Positions 39,482 through 49,551 are shown, numbered from the stretch's first letter. The stretch is DNA of 64,000 nucleotides from an uncultured Candidatus Bathyarchaeia archaeon (GCA_964529745.1 CAZGZR010000002.1:1682-65681); one strand, 5' to 3'. Translations and numbers: made by a program. Notes: generated by a model not told the origin, from the sequence alone.

Positions 39482-40642
39482 TTAGACGGAGACCACGCTG
39501 TCGGCCAGGTCCTCAAACTTTATTATCTCGGACGCGTCCTCGTGGCTCCTAGGGTCGTAGAAACAGGTGAACAGCACCTGGCTGGATTTAATGACGGGGT
39601 TCTTAGACGTGATGAAGGAGTAGACCCTCCTCCACCCGTGGGCGTGGATCAGGTGTGAAAGCGTGTAGAGAATGATCTCACACGGGATCCTCCTCTCGTT
39701 GCTATAGCTAATGACGTCGGAGAACAGTATGTCTATCTGATTCGGGTCGTCGTTGATCGACGTTATCCTATCTTCGAAGGTCTTGAGGAGGGATCGATTA
39801 CCGGGCAAAACCCTGACCAAGTACAGCTCATCTGAGACGTCGCTGTTGTATATGTCGTCGGCCGTGATTAGATCGTACATCGTGATGAGTAGAGTTCGTA
39901 TACCTTTCTTCGAGTTGTTGAGGAGCCTGTCTTTGATCCATTGGATGTCTTTCCCCTTTCCAGTGTTTGACTGGTTAACCATAGTAAACTTACCCCCAAC
40001 GTGGTTGACGTATTCCTCGGGGACCCCGCCTATCAAGAACGTGCGAAGGTCGTCTGCGAAGAAGGAGAACCTCGGCTGAGTCATCCCCAGGTATATGACG
40101 GTTTTAGCCATGATCGACGTCAAGTCTGTGAAACCAGGGTCCACGAACCCTGTGATGAACCCGAGATTTACGAAGAAGAGGTTCAGCCAGCCGGCGATCT
40201 GTAGTTTAACATCCATGCCGTACCTCCAGTTAATCACCATCAAGCTTAACACCATGAAGAGGTAGGGCGCCAGCGCCACGATCATCATGATGGGCACCCA
40301 TTCTCTGCCCAATATGAACTGGATCAACGGGAGCAAGGCTATGATTAGAGAGGAGGCGAGGAAGGCCTTGGGCCTGTTAACGAGTTCGCCTATGCCCGCC
40401 ACCATCATCGCGAAGCCCAGCATCAGCAACAGGAACGCGATTATCCCGAGGGAGCTGATGCCCAGCTCCGTCGGCGTGAGCATCCTGATGATTATGTTGA
40501 CTCCGTATAACGCGTATCCGGCGCCCCAATAGAGGTAGAAGCGTCTATTCGTCTTCCTGAAGATGGAGAGGAGGAGAGACGCGATGGCTATGGTGACGAC
40601 CCCATTAAACAACCGAAACAAGAAGTCTAATGGGAATATCAT
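39482..40642 (-). CDS. Membrane protein (about 7 TM helices) with C-terminal cytoplasmic DUF835-like (degenerate KaiC/RecA-like) domain
   Basis: The N-terminal 210 aa are hydrophobic. The C-terminal 170 aa resemble the archaeal DUF835 arrangement. Convergent with the KaiC-like/GH3 pair. Confidence 0.5.
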   Translation of the reverse strand: MIFPLDFLFRLFNGVVTIAIASLLLSIFRKTNRRFYLYWGAGYALYGVNIIIRMLTPTELGISSLGIIAFLLLMLGFAMMVAGIGELVNRPKAFLASSLIIALLPLIQFILGREWVPIMMIVALAPYLFMVLSLMVINWRYGMDVKLQIAGWLNLFFVNLGFITGFVDPGFTDLTSIMAKTVIYLGMTQPRFSFFADDLRTFLIGGVPEEYVNHVGGKFTMVNQSNTGKGKDIQWIKDRLLNNSKKGIRTLLITMYDLITADDIYNSDVSDELYLVRVLPGNRSLLKTFEDRITSINDDPNQIDILFSDVISYSNERRIPCEIILYTLSHLIHAHGWRRVYSFITSKNPVIKSSQVLFTCFYDPRSHEDASEIIKFEDLADSVVSV

Positions 40643-40781
40643 CTGTCTACTTCCTAAAAGGTACTATTTGAGAGCTAAGAGGATAAATATTATTCTATGA
40701 ATAGAAAATGTTACAATTTAAATTATAATTATATCCAGCAGTGAGCCAGAGTGTAACTAAATGGTTCAGTGTTTCATTTTG

Positions 40782-41006
40782 TCACATGGTTTTCTTGGTA
40801 ATGAAGACGGTGCCGTCCTTGGTGGCCACCCACCTCAACACGTCTCCGTCGCCCAGCTCGAGGAACTTGAACACGCATGACGGGATGGTCGTCCTCCTCC
40901 TATACCCCCTCACGGTTATGTGGGTCTCCTCCATGCAGACTATGTCGTCTACTTCAATATCAGACATGGGATAATCTACATATACAGTATGTATATAGTT
41001 TGCCAT
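40782..41006 (-). CDS. AbrB/SpoVT-family small DNA-binding protein
   Basis: TVRGYRRRTTIPSCVFKFLELGDGDVLRWVATKDGTVFITKK matches the swapped-hairpin AbrB motif. Alternative ATG at 40967. Confidence 0.5.
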   Translation of the reverse strand: MANYIHTVYVDYPMSDIEVDDIVCMEETHITVRGYRRRTTIPSCVFKFLELGDGDVLRWVATKDGTVFITKKTM

Positions 41007-41099
41007 CAGCCGGCGGCCGGAGACACCAAACCACCGCAGGCGCAGCGTCGTTCCCCTACCTTTTTAATACTCTACCGCAATCACTGGTGGTAAGAGGAG

Positions 41100-42560
41100 T
41101 TGAAGATGACTGAGAAAGACCCCTCTGAGAGGAAGGAGCTGATCCCCAAGGAGAGCTTCAGCGAGTGGTACGACAACGTGCTCCTCGAAGCCAAGATAGC
41201 CGACGACAGGTACCCCGTCAAGGGGTTCACCGTCTACACGGGCTGGGGGTTCAGCGTGGCGAAACGCATCATAGCGATGCTGGAGGAAGGACTCGAAGAG
41301 AACGGCAACGAGCCGATGCAGTTTCCAGTCGTCATACCGGAGGACAGCTTCCAGAAGGAGGAGGACCACATCGAGGGGTTCGCCGGCGAGGTCTTCTGGA
41401 TCACCCACGCCGGCGAGAACGTGCTGGACCGCCGCCTCATATTGAGGCCGACGAGCGAGACGGCCATCTACCCCATGTTCAGGCTGTGGATAAGGAGCCA
41501 CCAGGACCTGCCGCTGAAGATGCATCAGACATGCAACGTCTACAGATACGAGACCAAGGCAACGCGACCCCTGTACCGTGGACGCGAGTTCCTGTGGAAC
41601 GAGGGCCACACAGCCCACGTGGACTATAGCGACGCCGAGGCCGAGGTCAGGAAGGCCGCAGACATCTATAGGAGCGTCTACGACAGGCTAGGACTCAGCT
41701 ACATCACCCTGAAGCGTCCCGACTTCGACAAGTTCGCGGGGGCCGACTACAGCATCGCTTTCGACACGTGGAACCCCGACGGCAAGGTCAACCAGATAGG
41801 CACCGTGCACCAGCTGGGCCACAATTTCGCGAAGGCCTTCGAGCTAACCTACGAGGACGAGGACGGGGAGCAGGCGTACGCTACGACGACGTGCTACGGC
41901 ATGGGGTTCGGCCGCACCCTGGCGGCGGTTATAGCCCACCACGGCGACGACCACGGCCTCGTGCTGCCCCCCAGCGTTGCCCCCAAGCAGATCGTGGTGA
42001 TACCCATACTGTTCAAGGGGAAGGAGGAGCAGGCCAACAGCTACGCTAGGGAGCTGTACGAGAGGCTCACAGAGGCGGGCGTCAGGGCGGTGCTGGACGA
42101 CGACTCCAGGTTCAACCCGGGGGACAAGTACTACAGGTGGGAGATGTACGGCGTCCCCTTGCGACTTGAGGTGGGGCCCAGGGAGGCCCGGGACAGGAAG
42201 GCCACCCTGGTGCGTAGGGACACGTTCGAGAAGACCGTCGTGGACGAGGCCGATCTAATCAATAGAGTGCATGAGCTGTTCGACACCATATTCAGGAACC
42301 TCAGGGACAGGGACCTGGCCAAGCTGGAGAGCCTCATAGTGGACGCCTACGACATGGACCAGCTCATGGTCTACATGGAGGCGCGGATGATCGTCAGGGT
42401 CAACTGGTGCGGCGACCCGGACTGCGCGTTCAACATCAAGGACACTGTGTCCGGCGAGGTCCGGGGGACCAGGTGGGACACGGAGGAGGAGCCAACGGGC
42501 GGCTGCATCATGTGCGGCGACCCGGCCAAGTACGTGGCCTACGTTAGCAGGACTTACTAG
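41100..42560 (+). CDS. proS: Proline--tRNA ligase (archaeal/eukaryotic-type class II ProRS)
   Basis: Motif 2 (YRYETKATRPLYRGREFLWNEGHTAH), motif 3, and a C-terminal Zn-binding domain ending ...VSRTY. Confidence 0.9.
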   Translation: MKMTEKDPSERKELIPKESFSEWYDNVLLEAKIADDRYPVKGFTVYTGWGFSVAKRIIAMLEEGLEENGNEPMQFPVVIPEDSFQKEEDHIEGFAGEVFWITHAGENVLDRRLILRPTSETAIYPMFRLWIRSHQDLPLKMHQTCNVYRYETKATRPLYRGREFLWNEGHTAHVDYSDAEAEVRKAADIYRSVYDRLGLSYITLKRPDFDKFAGADYSIAFDTWNPDGKVNQIGTVHQLGHNFAKAFELTYEDEDGEQAYATTTCYGMGFGRTLAAVIAHHGDDHGLVLPPSVAPKQIVVIPILFKGKEEQANSYARELYERLTEAGVRAVLDDDSRFNPGDKYYRWEMYGVPLRLEVGPREARDRKATLVRRDTFEKTVVDEADLINRVHELFDTIFRNLRDRDLAKLESLIVDAYDMDQLMVYMEARMIVRVNWCGDPDCAFNIKDTVSGEVRGTRWDTEEEPTGGCIMCGDPAKYVAYVSRTY

Positions 42561-43462
42561 ACCCTTATCTTCATGCCGTCGAACGCGTTCTCTTGGCTGG
42601 CGGCCTCCATCGTTTTCTTTTGGGGTTTCTTCGGGTCTAGCACGGGGTTAGTGTGGTTGAAGTGGGTGTAGATCACTCTCCCGATATCTATGTCGGGCAG
42701 CGTCTCAACTGCCTCCATCTGGGGGACGTGGCCCAGCTGGCGGCTGGTCACGGGGATGTCGCTTACCCTCTGCAGCTCGTCGTCCCACCAGAAGGTGGCA
42801 TCCACGAGGAACACGTCGCATCCCTCGATACGCGAGAGAACCGCTTCGTCCAGCAGCCCTATGTCCGGGGCGTAGACGAGTCTCCCGTCGCCGCTGCTGA
42901 TCTCGTAGGCGTAGGTGCTGCTGGGGTACCTTCTGCCGTTGGGGAGCACCTGGGTGTGGCTCACCTCGAAGCCCCTGATCTCCAAGCCGCCCAGCCGGGT
43001 CACGGTCTCACCCACGCCAAGCTTCACCGGCTTGACGTAGTCCCGGGCCAATCGGCCCAGCTCACCGAAGTAGTTGGGAGCTTCCTCGGAGCCGAACAGG
43101 AAGTCTATGAGGTCCGGCGACCCGTAGAGGGGCAGCTCGAAGCTCTTGCCTGTGCAGAACTCGGCGACGCCCACCGTGTGGTCGGCGTGGCCGTGGGTGA
43201 GGAACACGGAGTCCAGCCGGGACTCTCTGTGGGTTTCTCCCGCCTTGTCGGGCCGCGGCGTCAGGCCGTGGGTCTCCAGTTGGGTCTTCAAGTCGTGGCC
43301 AGCGTCCACCAGGACGTACCTGTCCCCGTCGAGGGTGACTGCTATCGAGGACCTTGTCCTCCTAATGGTGGGGTCTCTTCGAGCGGCCGTGCAGTTGGGG
43401 CACGCGCAGTCCCACTCGGGGACTCCCCCTATGGAGGCCGTGCCCAGCACCGTGATCTCCAT
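42557..43462 (-). CDS. MBL-fold metallo-hydrolase (PhnP/RNase Z-like)
   Basis: LTHGHADHTVG motif with CxxC near the N-terminus. The ATG at 43462 (MEITVLG) is preferred. Confidence 0.7.
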   Translation of the reverse strand: MEITVLGTASIGGVPEWDCACPNCTAARRDPTIRRTRSSIAVTLDGDRYVLVDAGHDLKTQLETHGLTPRPDKAGETHRESRLDSVFLTHGHADHTVGVAEFCTGKSFELPLYGSPDLIDFLFGSEEAPNYFGELGRLARDYVKPVKLGVGETVTRLGGLEIRGFEVSHTQVLPNGRRYPSSTYAYEISSGDGRLVYAPDIGLLDEAVLSRIEGCDVFLVDATFWWDDELQRVSDIPVTSRQLGHVPQMEAVETLPDIDIGRVIYTHFNHTNPVLDPKKPQKKTMEAASQENAFDGMKIRV

Positions 43463-43546
43463 GCCCTGAATACGAAGGCAGATGGTTTTAAGGGGTGCGG
43501 GTGGGCCGTGCCACCCTTTTTCAGTGAGGGCGGCGAACCCCATGTG

Positions 43547-44086
43547 ATGGAGGACGTCTACCGGCCCCGGGAGGACTCGTATCTCCTAGCTAGGCATGTG
43601 CAAGAGTTCGTCAGGGGGGAGGTGTTGGACATGGGTACAGGCTCAGGCATACAGGCCGTCGAGGCGGCCGAGAAGCCCGATGTGTCCCGGGTCGTCGCCG
43701 TGGACGTGAATCCCGTCGCCGTCGAATCGGCGAAAAGGCTCGCGGAGAGCAGGGGCGTGGCGGGCAAGATGATGTTCGTAGCCTCGGACCTCTTCGAGAA
43801 TGTCGAGGGCACGTATGACTGGATAGTCTTCAACCCGCCTTATCTCCCCGGCGAGTGTGGAGCCGACGATGCGTCGTGGGCTGGCGGCGAGACCGGCGGC
43901 GAGACTATAAGACGGTTCCTCCGCGAAGCCCAAGGCCACCTGAAGAAAAGTGGCTCCATACTCATGGTCTACAGCAGCCACACGGGCCTAACCGAGGCCG
44001 ATTTCGGTGGGTACAAGGTGGAGAAACTAGGCGAGATGCGTCTATTCTTTGAGACTCTTTCCTGTGTGGCGCTTACCCCATCTTAA
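43547..44086 (+). CDS. HemK/PrmC-like class I SAM-dependent methyltransferase (NPPY motif)
   Basis: DMGTGSGIQAV (motif I) and IVFNPPYLP (NPPY). Only the last 179 aa of the long 42653..44086 ORF are coding. Confidence 0.75.
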   Translation: MEDVYRPREDSYLLARHVQEFVRGEVLDMGTGSGIQAVEAAEKPDVSRVVAVDVNPVAVESAKRLAESRGVAGKMMFVASDLFENVEGTYDWIVFNPPYLPGECGADDASWAGGETGGETIRRFLREAQGHLKKSGSILMVYSSHTGLTEADFGGYKVEKLGEMRLFFETLSCVALTPS

Positions 44087-44396
44087 GGCCCATGCCGAAG
44101 CCCACTATGAAGCTGGCAGCGAAGGGAAGGTTGGCTATTATCGCCCGCAGCACACCCTCGGCGGCCACGGCTGAGCCCAGCGCGTTGGCACCCCACTCCT
44201 CCAATGCCCCGTAGTTGACGTCGATTATCCCCTGGTAAGCCAGATACTCTAGGCCGAGAAAGAAGAGGCCGATGATCACCGCCACCACCTTGGCCACCTT
44301 CTTCACGGCGTAGCCCACGCAGAGCCCCCCTATGCCGCCGACGCCGAGCTGGGCGACGAGGGGCGTCAATATGCTCGGTGTTTCGCTCATGGGCAA
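44073..44396 (-). CDS. Small membrane protein (FUN14-like)
   Basis: 107 aa, two or three Gly-rich TM segments. Confidence 0.4.
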   Translation of the reverse strand: MPMSETPSILTPLVAQLGVGGIGGLCVGYAVKKVAKVVAVIIGLFFLGLEYLAYQGIIDVNYGALEEWGANALGSAVAAEGVLRAIIANLPFAASFIVGFGMGLKMG

Positions 44397-44432
44397 TCAT
44401 ATGGTATGCCTGGTTATAAAACTGGTATGTTG

Positions 44433-45377
44433 TCAGGGGACTATGTGGGTGCCTGTGCCGCCGTCGAGGGCGCCGGCGGCCTTGTCCAGGCTCGTTATTA
44501 TGGCCCTTTCGCCGCCTCTCTCGACGAAGCCCATTGCCGCCTCGACTTTGGGGCCCATGCTGCCGGCCTTGAAGTGGCCTTCGCCCAGGTACTTCTTGGC
44601 CTCGGCTACGGTCATCTTATCTATGGGGACCTCGTGGGCTGTTCCGAAGTTCAGGAGGGCGTGCTCCACGTCTGTGAGTATGAGGAACATGTCGGCGTCC
44701 AGCTCCTCGGCCAGCTTGGCGCCGGCGCGGTCCTTGTCTATCACGGCGTCTACCCCCTCCAGCTTGCCTTCGCCGTTCCTGATTACGGGGATGCCGCCGC
44801 CCCCGGAGGCGATGACTATAGTGCCGCTCTCCACCAGCCTCTTTATGACGCTGGCCTCGGCTATCCCTAGTGGTATGGGGGAGGGAACCACTCTGCGCCA
44901 CGTCTTATCGCCTGTCGGCCTCACCTGCTTCACTATCCACCCGTTCTCGGCGCCGAGCCGCTTGGCGGTCTCCTCGTCGTAGTAGGGGCCCACTGGCTTG
45001 GTGGGGTCCTGGAAGTCTGGGTCGTCACGGCTCACGACCACCTGGGTCACAACCGTCACCACCTCCTTCCCGTCTTGGACCAGCAGGTTGTCCAGGCATT
45101 GCTGCATCATGTACCCTATCTGGCCCTGGGTCATGGCGCCCAGCACCACAAGGGGCTGCTCGGGCACCATGTGGGCGCCCTGCTCCTGCTGGATCGCCAG
45201 GTTGCCCACCTGGGGGCCGTTGCCGTGGGTTATGGCTATTTCGTAGCCGTTGCGCGCTATGGCTGCTATCTGGACGGCGGCGGTCTCGACGTTCCTCATC
45301 TGCTCCTCGAACGTCCCCCTCTCGTGGGGCTGCTTGATGGCGTTGCCGCCTAGAGCGATCATGACCTTCTTACCCAA
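44433..45377 (-). CDS. arcC: Carbamate kinase
   Basis: MGKKVMIALGGNAI...ITHGNGPQVG; 314 aa AAK-fold. Confidence 0.85.
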   Translation of the reverse strand: MGKKVMIALGGNAIKQPHERGTFEEQMRNVETAAVQIAAIARNGYEIAITHGNGPQVGNLAIQQEQGAHMVPEQPLVVLGAMTQGQIGYMMQQCLDNLLVQDGKEVVTVVTQVVVSRDDPDFQDPTKPVGPYYDEETAKRLGAENGWIVKQVRPTGDKTWRRVVPSPIPLGIAEASVIKRLVESGTIVIASGGGGIPVIRNGEGKLEGVDAVIDKDRAGAKLAEELDADMFLILTDVEHALLNFGTAHEVPIDKMTVAEAKKYLGEGHFKAGSMGPKVEAAMGFVERGGERAIITSLDKAAGALDGGTGTHIVP

Positions 45378-45513
45378 AACGGTTAACCTCAGTGAAGGGT
45401 TAAACAGGGCGCGTTACTTCTTAAAACAGTTATCCCCTCTGGAACATTTTCACGCGTTTTTGTGTCAAAAAGGCTCAGTCCATGTTAAATCATCGTAGAA
45501 CGAAGTATCATCG

Positions 45514-46983
45514 GTGTACCTATTGGGAAAGGTTTTCCCCGACGGGTTCCTCTGGGGCACAGCCATCTCGTCGTTCCAGGCGGAGATGGGGGCGGGCGAG
45601 CCGAGCGACGGCACCGACTGGTGGGCGTGGGTCCACGACGAGACCAACGCCTCCGTAGGGAGGGTGAGCGGGGACACGCCCCTCGACGGCCCGGGGTTCT
45701 GGGAGTGTTACGACGACTACCTCAGGCTAGCCAGCGAAGACCTCGGGAACAACTCGATAAGGCTGGCGGTTGACTGGGGCAGGGTGTTCCCTGATTCCAC
45801 CGAGTCAGTCGAGGCGGATGTGAAGAGGGACCGGTGGGGCAACGTATGGAAAGTGGATCTGGAGGACGACGACGTGGATGCCCTAGATCGGCTGGCCGAC
45901 GGCGACGCCATGAAAAGGTATAGGGAGATACTGGAGAGCGTTCACGGCCATGGGTTGACGCCCATGCTCACCCTCTACCACTGGCCCATACCCCTGTGGC
46001 TCCACGACCCCATAGCCTGTCGAGACGACATGGACTCCACAGACAAACGGGGGTGGATAAGCCAGAACACCATAGTCGAGTTCGCGAAGCTCACAGCGTA
46101 CCTACCCCACAATCTAGGGGACTTGGTAGACCTATACTGCACAGTGAACGAGCCCCGGATAATCAGCGAGCACGGCTACCTCACCAGGCGAGGCGAGTTC
46201 CCTCCGGGCCTCAACGACCCCTCCCTTTTCCTCGCCTGCCTAAAAAACACGTGCATAGCCCACGGCATCGCCTACGAGCAGGTAAAGCGCTGGGACAGGC
46301 GAAAAGCGTTTCCCTTGGGGCCTTCGACGGTTGGGCTTGTGGCTGTTCTCCAGCACTACGAGCCAGCCGACCCGGGTAACCCAGACGACGTGTGGATGAG
46401 CCGGTACATCGACTACGCGTTCAACGAGTGGAACCTCAACGCCGTGTTCCACGGCGACTACGACATGAACATGAACCAGGTGGTGGAGCCATGGGAGCAG
46501 CTACCCCATCAGGTCAAAGGATGCGACTACTTGGGCGTAAACTACTACGCCAGGTGGAGGGTAAGGCACAGGAATACGGGGTTAAACCCGCTCCTGGACT
46601 ACGAGTTCGCGCCGTGCAGCGGCGACTGCTCCGACTACGGCTGGGACATACACCCAGAGGGGCTTCGAAACTTGCTCAGGTGGGCGTACAGGAGGTACAG
46701 GCGCCCCATCTACGTAACGGAGAACGGTGTAGCCGACAAGGAGGATACGATGCGGACTAGGTACCTCAGAAGCCACTTGGAGGAGCTATACAAGGCCATA
46801 TCCATCGACTGTGTCCCGGTCAGGGGCTACTACTACTGGACGCTGATGGACAACTTTGAGTGGAGCGACGGGTACAAGATCAGGTTCGGCCTCTACAGCG
46901 TGGACAGGGAGACCAAGAAACATAATCCAACCAAGGCGGTGCAGGCTTACCGGGAGATCGCGGAGAGGAACAGCCTGCCGTGA
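45514..46983 (+). CDS. Glycoside hydrolase family 1 beta-glycosidase (beta-glucosidase/galactosidase)
   Basis: LTLYHWPIPLWLHD, TVNEP (acid/base Glu), YVTENG (nucleophile Glu), 489 aa. Confidence 0.85.
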   Translation: MYLLGKVFPDGFLWGTAISSFQAEMGAGEPSDGTDWWAWVHDETNASVGRVSGDTPLDGPGFWECYDDYLRLASEDLGNNSIRLAVDWGRVFPDSTESVEADVKRDRWGNVWKVDLEDDDVDALDRLADGDAMKRYREILESVHGHGLTPMLTLYHWPIPLWLHDPIACRDDMDSTDKRGWISQNTIVEFAKLTAYLPHNLGDLVDLYCTVNEPRIISEHGYLTRRGEFPPGLNDPSLFLACLKNTCIAHGIAYEQVKRWDRRKAFPLGPSTVGLVAVLQHYEPADPGNPDDVWMSRYIDYAFNEWNLNAVFHGDYDMNMNQVVEPWEQLPHQVKGCDYLGVNYYARWRVRHRNTGLNPLLDYEFAPCSGDCSDYGWDIHPEGLRNLLRWAYRRYRRPIYVTENGVADKEDTMRTRYLRSHLEELYKAISIDCVPVRGYYYWTLMDNFEWSDGYKIRFGLYSVDRETKKHNPTKAVQAYREIAERNSLP

Positions 46984-47057
46984 GCCAATGGGCAGTCTAG
47001 GAAAGGATAATATAGGGGGGCTCGTATACACTCAGAGCCCCCAGGGGAAGAGTGAAA

Positions 47058-47222
47058 ATGTCGCTGAGAGACCCAGTGAAGATCGAGATCGCGAGAGAGC
47101 ACCGCGTCAAGAAGTCGGTGTGCAGGAACTGCGGAGCCACCAACCCGCCCAACGCCACCAAGTGCCGCAAGTGCCACAGCAAGAACCTCCGCCCCAAGAG
47201 GACCAAAGGCAAGGGCAGGTAG
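47058..47222 (+). CDS. rpl40e: 50S ribosomal protein L40e
   Basis: 54-aa ORF below the ORF-track cutoff: [54 protein letters not shown], a C4 zinc ribbon. GGTGA-like SD upstream. Terminator-like hairpin at 47015-47041. Confidence 0.8.
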   Translation: MSLRDPVKIEIAREHRVKKSVCRNCGATNPPNATKCRKCHSKNLRPKRTKGKGR

Positions 47223-47223
47223 C

Positions 47224-47679
47224 CTACTCGACTAGGTCGAAGCTGACCTCAAGCAGCTGCTTACTGTTTCTGTAACGAGCCTTGGAGATGGCCAGCACTC
47301 CTATGGCGCCGGTCGAGGGTGTGTGCTCCTTGTTGCACGCGTTGACGTTCCAGCCGGGGAGATGGAATATCTGCAGCTCGGTTATGTGCTCGGGGAGTGG
47401 GAAGAGGTCGTATATGAGGTCGCTCCAGCGCGCCTCGGCGTCGGGCCTGCTCATCACATGGACCTCGACCGGCTGATCCTCCCTGATCTTCAGGTTTGCC
47501 AGCCGTTCTATCTCGCTGACCTCGTCGTCCGTGGGCTTGCGGTTGAACTGGACGGTTATCCTGCCGTGGTTTCCGTTCGCTGAGACCCCGGCTGTCCACT
47601 TGGCGTCGTCGCCCAGCACCTTCACTATGGCGCCCTTGACCACGTGCAGCGCGGTGTGTGTCCTCGTCTCAACGCTCAT
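47224..47679 (-). CDS. alaX: AlaX-S-type alanyl-tRNA editing protein
   Basis: HTALHVV (HxxxH) and CNKEH (CxxxH) zinc motifs of the AlaRS editing domain, 151 aa. Confidence 0.75.
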   Translation of the reverse strand: MSVETRTHTALHVVKGAIVKVLGDDAKWTAGVSANGNHGRITVQFNRKPTDDEVSEIERLANLKIREDQPVEVHVMSRPDAEARWSDLIYDLFPLPEHITELQIFHLPGWNVNACNKEHTPSTGAIGVLAISKARYRNSKQLLEVSFDLVE

Positions 47680-47745
47680 GGGGGGAATATTTGGGGCGAC
47701 CGCTCATAAAACATGTGGGCCGCTGGCGCAGCCCGGACAGGTCTG

Positions 47746-49473
47746 TCACCATCCGAGGGCGTAGGGCTCGCCCGTTCTGGGCGACGCGCCGCCGAACATG
47801 ACCCCGAGGTCGGGGCAGATTCTTATGGCAAGGCATCTACCGTGGCTCCACGGCGGGCTGACCACTATCCTGTGGCCCTTCTCCTCCAGCCCCTTGACTA
47901 CGTCGCCGGGTATCCTAGGCTCGACGGCGACCTCCCCCGGCTTCACTGTGTGGGGCCAGAAGCTGGCTGGGAAGTGGTTCGTGTGCACCGTGGGCGCGTC
48001 CAGTGCCTTCTGGACGTTCATCCCGAACTCGAGGTGGTTGAGGAAAAACTGGAGGGTCCACTGGTCCTGCCTGTCCCCGCCGGGAGTGCCGAACGCCATG
48101 TACTGCCGCCCGTCCCTCAACGCGAGGCTCGGCGTCAACGTGGTGCTCGGCTTCTTACCCGGCTCCAGGCACTCGACGTGGCCCGGGTCCAGGTGGAAGA
48201 ACTGTCCCCTGGTCCCCAGAGGGAAGCCAAGGCCCGGCACCAGCGGGCTTGCCCTTATCCAGCCGCCGCTGGGCGTGGCCGCCAGCATGTTGCCGTCCCG
48301 GTCCACGGCGTCCAGGTGCACGGTGTCGCCCTCGAAACCAGACCTCTCGCTCCTCTCCTCCAGCTCTATGGGCTCGACGCCGCCTGGCCTGAACAGCATG
48401 GATGCCTTATCAGGGTCCACCAGCTTGCGGCGCTTCGCGGCGTACTCCTTGGACAGCAGCATCCCGAGGGGCACGACCACGTAGTCGGGGTCCGCGTAGT
48501 ACTGCTCCCTGTCGGCGAAAGCCAGCTTGGCGCACTCGATCCACGTGTGAAGGTACTCAACGGTGTTGTGGCCCATGTCTCTGAGGTCGTAGCCTTCGAG
48601 GAGGTTGAGCTGCTGGAGAAACACGGGGCCCTGGCACCAGGGGCCGCACTTGTAGACGTCGATGCCTCTGTAGTTGACGGTGACGGGCTCCTCGAAGCGG
48701 GCATGGTAGCGCTGGAAGTCCTCCAACGTTATGAGGCCGTGGTTCTCCTTGCCGTACACGTCTCTGCACCTGAAGCTCTGGGTGAACTCCACGATGGCCC
48801 GGGCTATGGGGCCGTCGTAGAAGTGTTTCCGTGCGGCGTCGATGCCCGCCGACCTGGAGCCGGCCCTGGACTCTATCTCCGCGACCTCCTTGAACGTGCT
48901 GTACCAGCCGGGGTTCCGCAGCAGCTGGCCGATCCTCGGAACCTCGCCGCCAGGGAGGTAGGTCTCGGCCGACGCCGGCCACTCCGAAAGGAACCTGTCT
49001 TTGGCCCTCTCAAGAAAGGCCTTCAGCGTGGGGTAGACGGGGAAGCCTTCCCTGGCGATGCGCAGCGCGGGCTCCATGACCCGCCCCAGCGTGAATGTGC
49101 CGTACTCCTCCAGCGTCATGAGCCAAGCGTCGAAGGCGCCCGGCACCACGGCCGGGGTGAACCCGTCCTCAGGGATCATGGGGTACCCCTGCTCGAGGAA
49201 CCAGTCTATGGTGGCGTCCATGGGCGCCGGCCCCTGACCGTTCACGGCGACCACCTTCTCCTCGTCGGCCCAGTAGAGCAGTATGGGGACCTCACCCGCC
49301 GGCCCCACGAGTTGGGGCTTCAGAAGCGTGAGGCAGAACCACATGGTGGCCCCAGCATCCACGACGTTGCCCCCGTCCTGAAGCGCCTTGAGCCCGGCCA
49401 CGGACGCAAGGTAGTGGGTGCTGGTGACCATTCCGTTGGCCCCCATGACCACGGGCCTGGTAGTGAATGACAT
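47746..49473 (-). CDS. ggt: Gamma-glutamyltransferase
   Basis: 575 aa. Autoprocessing/nucleophile region GDTVHLDAVDRDGNMLAATPSGG. Confidence 0.85.
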   Translation of the reverse strand: MSFTTRPVVMGANGMVTSTHYLASVAGLKALQDGGNVVDAGATMWFCLTLLKPQLVGPAGEVPILLYWADEEKVVAVNGQGPAPMDATIDWFLEQGYPMIPEDGFTPAVVPGAFDAWLMTLEEYGTFTLGRVMEPALRIAREGFPVYPTLKAFLERAKDRFLSEWPASAETYLPGGEVPRIGQLLRNPGWYSTFKEVAEIESRAGSRSAGIDAARKHFYDGPIARAIVEFTQSFRCRDVYGKENHGLITLEDFQRYHARFEEPVTVNYRGIDVYKCGPWCQGPVFLQQLNLLEGYDLRDMGHNTVEYLHTWIECAKLAFADREQYYADPDYVVVPLGMLLSKEYAAKRRKLVDPDKASMLFRPGGVEPIELEERSERSGFEGDTVHLDAVDRDGNMLAATPSGGWIRASPLVPGLGFPLGTRGQFFHLDPGHVECLEPGKKPSTTLTPSLALRDGRQYMAFGTPGGDRQDQWTLQFFLNHLEFGMNVQKALDAPTVHTNHFPASFWPHTVKPGEVAVEPRIPGDVVKGLEEKGHRIVVSPPWSHGRCLAIRICPDLGVMFGGASPRTGEPYALGW

Positions 49474-49551
49474 GGTTAATGGTTGCCACAGCGGATATTA
49501 GAAGCTTCCATGAATCCGAAAAAAGCCTGAAGGAGTGAGGCTAGAAAAGGG

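Noticed and set aside
42653-43546. N-terminal 300 aa of the long 42653..44086 plus ORF
   Set aside because: It is antisense to the MBL-fold hydrolase gene. Only the C-terminal 179 aa (from ATG 43547) match a methyltransferase. The upstream part is a low-complexity read-through.
47713-49470. 585-aa plus-strand ORF
   Set aside because: It is antisense to a clearly recognisable gamma-glutamyltransferase on the minus strand. The protein is Arg/Gly/Pro/Ala-rich low-complexity, typical of spurious ORFs in GC-rich DNA.
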